Shown: piece by piece, positions 13,301 through 23,858 of the stretch
Layout of the letters: every line of letters begins with the position of its first letter
Position numbering within the stretch: position 1 is the stretch's first letter
Origin: Anthoceros angustus
Taxonomy: Eukaryota; Plantae; Anthocerotophyta
Length of the DNA: 64,000 bases
Direction of reading: 5' to 3'
NCBI GenBank assembly: GCA_010909165.1
Contig: MU008212.1
Location: 1-64,000, forward strand
Notes under the pieces: model-generated
The model's database searches: none
What the model was told of the DNA's origin: nothing
The model's input: only the letters and a program-made list of their open reading frames with translations
Position numbers and translations under genes: made by a program

Positions 13301-13760
13301 TGCGGCTTTCAAGGTCTTCTTTCGGCTGAGTCAATCACCAAGCTCCCATCTTGATGCTTCTCGCCCGCCACGCTCGAAGAGGCCAAATCCCGATTCTGCG
13401 GCCTTTTCCTCGCGTCACCCTCTTGCGACTTGGTCCTTAATTGCGGGCGCACTCTTGCACCAATGCGGTACATGTAGCACCATTTCTTCTCCATGAACTT
13501 GAGCCCGGCTCACGCACGGTCCGGCTCTCACTTTCCATGGTCCATGTTGGGCCCTGCGTGAGTGAGATTTGACGCGGCTCGGGCGCCATCTCCTTCTCTC
13601 GTTGTTTCCCAAAACAAAACCTCGACTACCCGGATTACGGTCGAGAGAAAAAAATCGAGCCGCCCTCGCGCTCCTTCCACGCCTCCTCGCGAACTTGCGG
13701 CGCCCGATTTCTCTCCTCCGCCGCCGCTGTCTGATCGTCGCGCCCTTCCTCACCTGCAGT
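10400..13760 (-). pseudogene. Decayed accessory ORF region of an Athila/Tat-like element
   Basis: Fragments such as FLVFLHEVVKGTQIDWGRMIFERAREE resemble plant retrotransposon accessory-ORF domains. R/E-rich coiled-coil-like ORFs occupy 10400-11470. No pol motifs seen. Confidence 0.45.
11401..13553. repeat. Tandem duplication, 2 x ~1075 bp (11401-12487, 12488-13553)
   Basis: Near-identical units. CTGCGT occurs at all three boundaries (11401, 12488, 13554). Confidence 0.9.
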
Positions 13761-14137
13761 GAGGATTTGGCTGGCGTGGTGTGCGCCCCTCTTCTTGCTG
13801 CGGCTCTCGCTCCCCCTCACGGAAAGTCGCGACCTCGCCAGTCTTGGGTGTGCCCTTCTCGATTCGCTCCGGTAGTAGTCGCTCCGCCACTAGGGTTGTA
13901 AATTCCCCAGTGCATCGTCCGTTTCTCGGCCACCGTGGTGGAACTAGCCACCACCCACTTGACTACTCAGCTGGCATATTGTGAGCATCCTAGCATATAT
14001 AGACACCTTTTATTCTAAAATTCCCAATACCCAAGGACTCTATTTCTACCCACCCTCGGGTCAAACCTAAGGGTCGAAAAATTATTATTATCTCCAAGGG
14101 CCAAGGACCATTCCGTATAAAAGACTCGGATGATTCT

Positions 14138-15914
14138 CAAAGCACCTTGCTATTCTAACACATCCAAAACAAAAAATCGTTCATCCGACACTTGGGAGCG
14201 GGGTTAGTGCACATGTGGTCTTCCACACATACTCTAGTCAAGAACAAGGTGAGTCAAATATTTGAACACGTGCTCGGACAAGGCGGGCTACTTGATCCGT
14301 TCCCAAGATCCAAGAGACTCTCTCGTTCCCTTGCGCTCCTCGTGCTGTGGGTGCCCATCTCGTGGGATGCCTTATATTAACTACCTTTCTAGAATGGATA
14401 AGCCCTAATGCTATGACAAGGCTTGCTCCGTTCACGCCCTAAGCCCTAACGACTCCTCGATCGTTGGTAAGCTCCCATATCTCCTTCTTTTGATCCACTC
14501 CGGTGCATTGAGATCTTCAAGAAACATCGGTGCTGGATCGATGGATAGGCTTTGATACCATATATGGCGACATGGCGAGGGCCTCGTGCGAGGCGAGGCG
14601 AGGGGCATGAAGAAGAGAGTCTTCTTGATCTTGGCGCGTGTGACTTGTAGCCCTGCGGCTTGGTCCGTGTCCATGTCCAATTTGTGTAACCCGAGGTTCT
14701 TGACTACGGTTTGCTAACTATGCTCTAGTGAGTTAACCTAGGCTATACGACTATGGTTAGTCGCAAGCCGACTCCTTCTGCGATCCACCATCTCGTGCGG
14801 TGCTCGTCAGCGATTAGGTGCTTAGCTCATCGAGACTATGCTCGTCCTTGGATCACGGTCCGTAGTTGGTAGGCTACTCAACAAATCGATCAAAAATTCC
14901 AAGAATAGAAAAGGGCAAAGACCAAAAAGTAATCATCGTGATTGGCCAAGTAATAGAATAATCACATGGCGCATTGGAGGCTCATAAAACTGTCTCACGA
15001 GGAGTGGGATCAAGAAGCCAAAGCACCTTGCTATTCTAACACATCCAAAACAAAAAATCGTTCATCGACACTTGGGAGGCGGGGTTAGTGCACATGTGGT
15101 CTTCCACACATACTCTAGTCAAGAACAAGGTGAGTCAAATATTTGAACACGTGCTCGGACAAGGCGCGGGCTACTTGATCCGTTCCCAAGATCCAAGAGA
15201 CTCTCTCGTTGCCGCTCCTCGTGCTGTGGGTGCCCATCTCGTAGGATGCCGCTTATATTAACTACCTTTCTAGAAGCTGGATAAGCCCTAATGCTATGAC
15301 AAGGCCTGCTCCGTTCCTGCCCTAAGCCCTAACAGCTCCTCGATCGTTGGCTGCAAGCTCCCATATCTCCTTCTTTTGATCCACTCCAGTGCATTGAGAT
15401 CTTCAAGAAACATCGGTCGCAACAGATCGATGGATAGGCTTTGATACCATATATGAGCGCACATGACGAGGGCCTCGACCGCGGGCGAGGCGAGGGGGCA
15501 TGAAGAAGAGAGTCTTCTTGATCTTGGCGCGTGTGACTTGTAGCCCCTGCGGCTTGGTCCGTGTCCATGTCCAATTTGTGTAACCCGAGGTTCTTGACTA
15601 CGGTTTGCTAACTATGCTCTAGTGAGTTAACCTAGGCTAGCACGACTATGGTTAGTCGCAAGCCGACTCCTTCTGCGATCCACCATCTCGTGCGGTGCTC
15701 GTCAGCGATTAGGTGCTTAGCTCATCGAGACTATGCTCGTCCTTGGATCACGGTCCGGTGGTTGGTAGGCTACTCAACAAATCGATCAAAAATTCCAAGA
15801 ATAGAAAAGGGCAAAGACCAAAAAGTAATCATCGTGATTGGCCAAGTAATAGAATAATCACATGGCGCATTGGAGGCTCATAAAACTGTCTCACGAGGAG
15901 TGGGATCAAGAAGC
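14138..15914. repeat. Tandem duplication, 2 x ~885 bp, each with an iMet PBS-like motif and LTR-like sequence
   Basis: Units start CAAAGCACC at 14138 and 15019, with CAAAG again at 15915. Each contains minus-strand TGGTATCAAAGC (first copy 14549-14560). Confidence 0.85.
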
Positions 15915-17007
15915 CAAAGAAGCACCTAATGACATGTAGTGCAAGGACTTGCATGCCAAGATCAAACTCGCCCCACATGTCACGAAGACACACAATTAGG
16001 CTCATTGTATGCTAATTTCGAGGACGATGTAAATAATGTAGGTTTTGGAGCTTTATTTAGAACTAGCAATGAAGTTGGCAAAAATATTGTTGGTGTTTAT
16101 TGTCCATCGATTGGATACATTCTTGCAATTGATGGATTTGTTGATACCATCATGTACCTAGATAGATAAATAGAAGAAGAATAACAATACCCCATCTTGA
16201 GTATGAAACACCAAAACTTTGAAAACCTATTCAAAAGTGCAAAGAAACGCGATATGGATTAGGCGAGGTCCATGCCAAACTAGTAGTTCAATGATAGTTC
16301 AAGCTTAGTCTTAGTCTACATCACCTTAGTAGACATCGATTAGGCACGCTTAGGCTATGAATATCGATCTCAAATATTTTTCACAGGCGTAGGCACGACC
16401 CTGATTCTTCTTGTTCAAGGTACAATACACTATTTCAAGATCGCAAAGTGGACATTTGAAAGGTCCTTTAGATAGCTTTGTACGACTTTTGTGATTTTGG
16501 TTTTGCCCGACTCTTACGCTTGCCCATGTTTCTCAATGTCTTGTTCGTGAGTTAGGCTCTTTATTTTCTTGGGATCTAAAAAAGCGAAAGGAGTTACTAA
16601 GTTCAATCGTATTTGTTCACACGATGGAACATATATAGTCTTTCTTCGGTGAAATTTCTCAGTATTTATTCAAAGATATTTTGACTCACTCAAAAAACCC
16701 TATTGTGGCTATCATGATGTGCAAGCTTGATCACATGTTGCTCACCTAATAAACCCCCACGGTCCTAGTTCATGTAGTTCAAATCCGCCACTTGGCCAAC
16801 TACTAGTTGAACTACATTGCCGATCTTGAGGAGGTCTTTACTATGTAGAAAAGGTTTTTTTTTTTTTTGGTTGGAAGTTTCATGCCAAAGCTGGTTAAAA
16901 AGTAACGTTTGGGTCGGACCGTTCGATGATAGTTCATACATGCCACATAAGCAATCATGCTTTAGTAGAGAAATTAATCCAAAATAGAATGGGTGTAGTT
17001 TCTCTTT

Positions 17008-18172
17008 GATCTGCCATACTAGCAGTCCTCCACTCTACCAACTGAGCTAAGATCGGTTCCATTGAGTATATCCGATCTGCCATACTACAATCCTACACTC
17101 TACCAGCTGAGCTAAGATTGGTTCCATTGAGTATATCCGATTTGCCATACTACAATCCTCCACTCTACCAACTGAGTTAAGATCGGTTCCATTGAGTATA
17201 TCCGATATCTGCCATACTACAATCCTCCACTCTACCAACTGAGCTAAGATCGGTTCCATTGACTATATCCGATCTGCCATACTACAATCCTCCACTCTAC
17301 CAACTGAGTTAAGATCGGTTCCATTGAGTATATCCGATATCTGCCATACTACAATCCTCCACTCTATCAACTGAGCTAAGTAAGATCGGTTCCATTGAGT
17401 ATATCCGATATCTGCCATACTACAATCCTCCACTCTACCAACTGAGCGATCGGTTCCATTGAGTATATCCGATATCTGCCATACTACATCCGATATCTGC
17501 CATACTACAATCCTCCACTCTACCAACTGAGTTAAGATCGGTTCCATTGAGTATATCCGATATTTGCCATACTACAATCCTCCACTCTACCAACTGAGCT
17601 AAGTAAGATCGGTTCCATTGAGTATACCCGATATCTGCCATACTACAATCCTCCACTCTACCAACTGAGCTAAGATCGGTTCCATTGAGTATATTCGATA
17701 TCTGCCATACTACATCCGATATCTGCCATACTACAATCCTCCACTCTACCAACTGAGCGATCGGTTCCATTGAGTATATCCGATATCTGCCATACTACAT
17801 CCGATATCTGCTATACTACAATCCACCACTCTACCAACTGAGCGATCGGTTCCATTGAGTATATCCGATATCTGCCATACTACAATCCTCCACTCTACCA
17901 ACTGAGCTAAGATCGGTTCCATTGAGTATATCCGGATCGGTTCCATTGAGTATATCCGATCTGCCATACTAGCAGTCCTCCACTCTACCAACTGACCTCC
18001 ACTCTACCAACTGAGCTAAGATCGGTTCCATTGAGTATATCCGGATCGGTTCCATTGAGTATATCCGATTTGCCATACTAGCAGTCCTCCACTCTACCAA
18101 CTGAGCTAAGATCAGTTCCATTGAGTATAGCCTCCACTCTACCAACTGAGCTAAGATCGGTTCCATTGAGTT
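17008..18172 (-). repeat. Tandem array of ~16 tRNA-Tyr 5' halves (unit ~64-71 bp)
   Basis: Minus-strand unit: GGATATACTCAATGGAA leader + CCGATCTTAGCTCAGTTGGTAGAGTGGAGGATTGTAG + intron-like TATGGCAGAT. This matches the plant tRNA-Tyr(GTA) 5' exon CCGACCTTAGCTCAGTTGGTAGAGCGGAGGACTGTAG. Partial sub-units of 21-24 bp are interspersed. Confidence 0.92.
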
Positions 18173-18178
18173 ATCTGC

Positions 18179-18261
18179 TAGTATCTGCCAGAATCGAACC
18201 AGCAACCTAAGGATATCTACTATACTAGAGTCCTCTGCTCTATTGGCTGAGCTAAGATCGG
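18179..18261 (-). pseudogene. Full-length degenerate intron-containing tRNA-Tyr with CTA at the anticodon position
   Basis: Minus strand CCGATCTTAGCTCAGCCAATAGAGCAGAGGACT-CTA-G, intron, ATCCTTAGGTTGCTGGTTCGATTCTGGCAGATACTA. B-box intact; A-box and acceptor stem damaged. Confidence 0.85.
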
Positions 18262-18683
18262 TTGATGAAATTATGTGTTTTGTTTAGAGTAGCGCTATGT
18301 TTTAATGGTAAAATCTAGCTTTTAAACCTTAAAACAATTCAGTTCAGCTGGAAGCGGTTCAGTTTCAGTTTTAAGCAGGCCAGTTCAGCTTTCACGAGTT
18401 CAGTTTCACTTTACACAATTGGAGTCAAGCTCTTGAGAATCAATCAAGTTAAAACGATTTCATTTAAGCTTGAAAGAATAATGTATACAAGCCGAATAAT
18501 TCCTCTACGCGGCACAATTACCAATACTCAGTCAGCGTGTCCACATCCTGTCCAAGGATATTTCATATCTCGAGTCCCAAGGTTATAGGCAGTCACTTCT
18601 TCCGAGAGCAAGCACGAAATCGGTGCCGACCAGAGCACAACTGGAGGAGCTCGCCCTTCTCCCCCGCTGAATTCATGCGGTCT

Positions 18684-20366
18684 TCAATCGAGCTTCAGGC
18701 GGGAGATAACGCTCTGGACATCCTTGTCACCACGGCCGCTTAAGTTTATCACCAAGCGCGTTCCATCCTTCAAAGTAGGGCACAGTTTTTCCAGGTATGC
18801 CAGAGCATGAGAGGTCTCCAAAGCCGGGATGATGCCTTCCAACTTGGATATTCTCTGAAACGCTGCAGCCGTAGGTGAACCATTTAGATGATAATAGCAC
18901 AAGGGAGGAGACACTGGAGATGAAAGAAATGTGCGCAGAGTAGGTTACCTTCAAGCGCCTCGGCGTCAGTGATACTGTAGTACTCGGCCCGGCCCATGTC
19001 CTTGAAGAAACTGTGCTCAGGGCCCACCCCAGGGTAGTCTAACCTGCAGGCCAAAGTGCACAGCGAGTTAGAAAGCTGGAGGAGAAGGCTCATGCTCAAT
19101 CCCTCCAAAAGATTGACAGATTGAAGTCCGGTGGCAAGGATACCCTGCGCTGATGGAATATGGCTCGATGACCTGCCCATCGGAATCTTGCAGCAAGTAA
19201 CTCATAGCTCCATGGAGCACACCAACTTCTCCTATCGATAACGTTGCAGCATGCTGTTTTGTGTCCACTCCCAGACCGGCTGCCTCTACGCCAATCAGTC
19301 TCACATCCTCGTCGTTGACGAATTCATGGAACAGCCCAATAGCGTTGGAGCCCCCTCCGACGCATGCCAGCAGCACATTAGGTTTCCCACCCCACTTCTC
19401 CAAAGCCTGCTGCCTAGTTTCCTTGCCAATGACGGCATGGAAGTCCCTGACCAGCATGGGGTAAGGGTGAGGACCACAAACAGACCCCAGGATGTAGTGA
19501 GTGCTCTCTACGTTGGTCACCCAGTCCCTGATAGCCTGTGACGTTGCGTCCTTCAAGGTGGCCGTGCCAGAGTGCACAGGCCGAACCTCGGCTCCCAGAA
19601 GACGCATGCGGAACACATTCAGAGCCTGCCTCTCCATGTCCCTTGCTCCCATGTAAACCACACACTCCAAACCAAAACGCGCACACACCGTCGCTGTAGC
19701 AACTCCATGCTGCCCTGCACCCGTCTCCGCAATGATCCGCTTCTTCCCGATCTTCTTCGCAAGCAGAGCTTGCCCCACCGCGTTGTTGATCTTGTGAGCC
19801 CCGGTATGATTCAAATCCTCCCTTTTCAGATAAATGAGAGGGCCTCCATCAGCACGTCGGTAATACTCCGTCAGCCGCTCAGCGAAATACAAAGGCGACT
19901 CCCTCCCAACGTAATCCTTCAAAATCCCAGCCACCTCTTTCTGAAAGCCACACCAAAACCACAATCAAATCTCCATTCTCCTGCAAAAAACCCCTCCAAA
20001 CCCCCCAGTTCCACCCACCTGAAAAGCTTCATCCATCGACACCTCCAGATAAGCAACCTCCAGCTCCGACAGAGCAGTCATGAGCGTCTCCGGCACATAC
20101 TTCCCGCCAAACTTGCCAAACCGGCCAGAAGCATCCGGCCGCTGGTAGTCACGGAACACGCGCTTCTGCTCCCCATCCACCGGCTTTTCGAGGGCCACAC
20201 CGCACTGGACTCCTGCGACTCCAGCCCGGCTCTTGTTTCCTCTGCTGATAACGGGAATGCGGATGGGATTCACAGCATAGCTGTAGTTCCAGGCCGAGAG
20301 CGCCTGCTCATCGGAAACAGCTAGGCGGCACGCCACGCCGCCAGACACCGCCGCAGCCGCCGCCAT
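18684..20366 (-). CDS. TSB1: Tryptophan synthase beta chain, type 1, with plastid transit peptide; 4 exons, ~472 aa
   Basis: Exons 20366-20019, 19940-19144, 19043-18949, 18862-18684 join in frame across GT-AG introns. Motifs [28 protein letters not shown] (PLP lysine), [18 protein letters not shown] and NLSGRGDKD. Confidence 0.97.
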
Positions 20367-20942
20367 CGCAGTAGCTCGGGAGCTTCCTCTACGCCTCAAT
20401 GTCAGCCTCAGTGATTGAGCACAACGTCCTTTCCCGGCTGGTCAGCTTCACAGATCCGGCTCGGAAGCTGATCCAATCAACTTCAGCAAACCTCTCCCAT
20501 CAGCTCAAACTATAAAAACCCCGCTCACCTAATCCACCTCGGAGATGACGCAATCCAATTCTTCAGCAAACCAAACCTCGCAGCACTAGTTGCTGATCGA
20601 AAAGCAATTCGCAAACGTCTCCCGGCAATGCGAGGAATGAGATGCAGTGAAAGGCTTACCTTACAGCGTCCGCTTGCCGCGAATTCCAATTCCACCGCCA
20701 ATGTCACAGCACAGCAGAGCGCAACACAGACTCCTGCCAAATTGCAGCGTTCACAACCAGAATTCCCCCCGTCGAAGATGAGTCATCAAACACAACCCTA
20801 ATTCCGTACACCATTTCCAACCGAGGCCGTTCTCCGTTATACGGTCGACCTCGGGTCCACGATATCCCTGCTGTCCGATGCTGTAATGAGACTGCGCGGA
20901 GCTTTCAAACAGCTCAAGGCTGGTGCTGCAGAGTGAGGGGCT
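20367..20942. promoter_or_regulatory. Divergent intergenic region, candidate bidirectional promoter
   Basis: The TSB and phosphatase start codons point away from each other, 576 bp apart. Confidence 0.5.
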
Positions 20943-22895
20943 ATGGCATGGAAGGCATTTAATGCATTTCTAGCAGACCCCAAGCTGCTGGTGCTTGACT
21001 CAAGGTCTGCACGGTCGTATGCTGACCGCCACATCCGGGGCTCCATCAATGTGGAGTTGAAGGGGAGAACTTTGGAGAAGGTTGCTGGACCTGATAGGCC
21101 CAGCTGGAAACGGGACTGCTGGTGGGACAGGAATGTTTTTGTGATACCGGCTGTTGCCTCGAAAGTGACTGGGAGTGGGAGCAAGAAGCGGAAAAGTCAT
21201 GTGCTGGATGACAGGGGCACGAGTAGGTGCAGATGGACCGAGGAGGAAGCAGTACCCGAGGAAGAAGACCCGGTGGTTGCATTTTTGCGGAGGGACAAAA
21301 ATGTTAGGTCTGTGAGGGTTTTGGAGAGTGATGGTGAGTGTGTGTGTGTTGGGTGTTGCTCGTTTGTTAAGTCTCAGGTGTGCAATGTTTTACATGGTCT
21401 GTACTGGTGGCACGGCCCTTGCCTTGTCTGTAATGGTTTTGGTTGGTTTTGCTGCTGCAGATCATGGTGTGGACCCCTTTCGATCGTTTGCAAAGAGGTA
21501 TCCTTTCTTGGTAACCAAATCAACGAAGTCTGCGAGCATTGCTGGGTATCCGGCAGAGGTATAGTTGCCCTGTCTTGGCCGAAGGTTTGGATAAGTTTGT
21601 TGTGTTCATTCGACTCGTTCGGTCTACTCGTTTGACTGTTTTCGTTCCCCGCCAGATTGTGCCAGGTTTACTCTACTTGGGTGACCAGGAGCATGCAATG
21701 GCGGAAAAGAAGCTGGAGGAACTAGAGATTACTCATGTGCTTACCATCCACACCGATCGGCTGAAGATAGGGAGGCAGTTTTTGCAGCTATACTGTAACT
21801 TGGCTGGTAAGTAGGATTGAATTATGCAAGGTAGGTAGGGTGGGTGCAGGAGAGATGTCTTGGATGTGATCAATTTTCCTCTCTATCAGATGACCCAAAG
21901 GCGGATATTGCACAGTTCTTTGACCAAGCATTTGAGTTTGTTGAGAGCGCAAAAGAGAAGGGTGAGCGCGTCTTGATACACTGTGGGGCTGGAGCAAGCC
22001 GTTCGGCCACCTTAGTCGCCGCTTACTTGATGAGAGTGAGGAATTGGAGACTTGACCGTACACTTGAGTAAGTTTCAAAGTTGTTGCTTTGCAAGATCTT
22101 GAGCTCTGACTGGGATGACCTTGGAACCGGGCCGGCCAAATGCACTTAAGGATTACGGATTTGTTCCTCAGGTTCTTGCGGGAGCAGAGAAAGCAGGTTC
22201 TGCCGAATCCAGGATTTGTAGATGCGTTGGAGAGATATGAGAAAGAACTTGGTGGTCGGAGAGCCTTGAAGCTCTCAGAAAACCCTACTGCCTCGGACCG
22301 GTACAGTGAATCACCGTCACACAGTCGAGGTCTGCACCTTGAGATTGTAAAGGTAAGAGCTTTCTTCCGCTATGGGAGTTACATTGTGTAGGGTTCTAGT
22401 ACCTGCAGAACCTATGGGTTCAGTGACTCTGGGCTACCACAGGTATTGCAAAATGCAGGCGTGGTTTTTGGTTTCGTCTATTCTGTAATGTATTTATCTG
22501 CTGTGACAGAATGGGGAGCTCTGTGGGACTGTTCTGCTATCAGACAGGAATATGTTCTTGATTGGCCGTGCCAAAACATGCCACATTGTCCTGGATCATG
22601 CATCTATATCACGTCAGGTTGATGTCATATGTTGTAAATTTGTCGTGTTCTTCTTGATTGCACTTAGTCGAATCACAAAATTCGCCATGACTAACTTACT
22701 GGCTCTGTTCTTTGCTATCAGCATGCAAAGATAGAGATAATGGAAGGTCAGACGGTTATGCTGACAGATATGGATTCTGTCCACGGAATTTCCGTGGATG
22801 GGAAGCAGATTTCAAAGGGTACCACTGTTGAGTTAAGCTTAGGGCAAATAATACGGTTCGGTGCCAGCACCCGGAGTTATGTGATGAGGGACTAG
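20943..22895 (+). CDS. Dual-specificity phosphatase with N-terminal rhodanese-like and C-terminal FHA domains; 7 exons, ~426 aa
   Basis: Exons 20943-21333, 21461-21558, 21656-21806, 21890-22067, 22172-22352, 22510-22617, 22722-22895 join in frame with GT-AG introns. Rhodanese-like LVLDSRSARSYADRHIRGSINV; DSP motifs IVPGLLYLGD, IHCGAGASRSAT (CX5R) and PNPGF; FHA motifs FLIGR..CHIVLDHASISRQHA, DMDSVHG and IRFGASTRSY. Confidence 0.9.
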
Positions 22896-23858
22896 CCCAT
22901 TTCCAGGAATTTCAGAGTGTTGGACTACGTGGTCTCCAGGATGGAAGTTCTGAGCGCACTACGGAGGAACAGGAACTTGCGTTCTATTCCATTTGGGTAG
23001 CACAATACATTTGTTGTCGGTGCCTTCGCTGCCTCTTTTCGAGGAGACGCAGAACTTTGCTAGATCTGAAATTTTTCCTTTAGTACCTCTCATCTATCGC
23101 GCCTCTTCCAATTGGTAGGCACCGATCGACTGTTAGACAGGATCTCATTGGCTCATGTGTGACTGACTATGTATAGAATTCCCGCCCACTTACCTTCCAC
23201 CATTGTGATGGCAGTCATTGATTGTGGAAGTTCAGCCAGCAGCACGAGGTGAAGACTGTCAACAGTATGTCCCAAACAGGCTACGACACCCTGGAAGTTG
23301 GGTGTGAAAAGATGGGGGTCGGTAGCCACTATGGTCTCGAGCAGCAGCATGCATCCAAAACTGCCTTTCCTACTGCGGAAGTATCATCTTTTTCCACCTG
23401 TTCCGCTGAGAGTTTGTATTACATGGAGGCCGTAGTCCCTTGCCGGAAAGTAAAGAGACCTGGTGAACGTGGAATGGTTTTTAGACTCGTGTACTTCGGG
23501 AGACGGGTGTAACGTACAGCTCTTATGTCGTATGTGGGCTGCCCAAGCCCTGTGCCGCCTTCTTGCCTGCACATCATACCAAAATTGTCAAGACGGCAGT
23601 TGCTATGCGGGGAGCCTTCCGCTACAAGGTCTAAATAACTTGAGGATATGCTGTCAATCAACATCCTGCGAGGATATGCTGCCCCTTGCTGTCAAGCGAT
23701 GTGACAAGTTTTTTGCCGGCAGCGTCTCCAGAATATGTGCAGCATAATCATGGATACTAGTCTATGAAGATCAGAGTGCCTGTTGCTGCCCACTTATCTG
23801 GGTGCCCTACATAGCTTCTGGTGGTTAGAATGTCCTACGCTTCCACTGCAGCATCCTA

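Noticed and set aside
17008-18172. CRISPR-like array, or coding ORFs (MEPILAQLVEWRIVVWQ repeats)
   Set aside because: There are no unique spacers and no cas genes; the units are tRNA-Tyr fragments, and the ORFs are translations of the repeat.
23150-23430. Weak ribosomal protein L3-like (EVKTV..GYDTLEVG) or apyrase-like (AVIDCGSS) motifs
   Set aside because: Only short motifs in different frames, with stops and no supporting exon structure.
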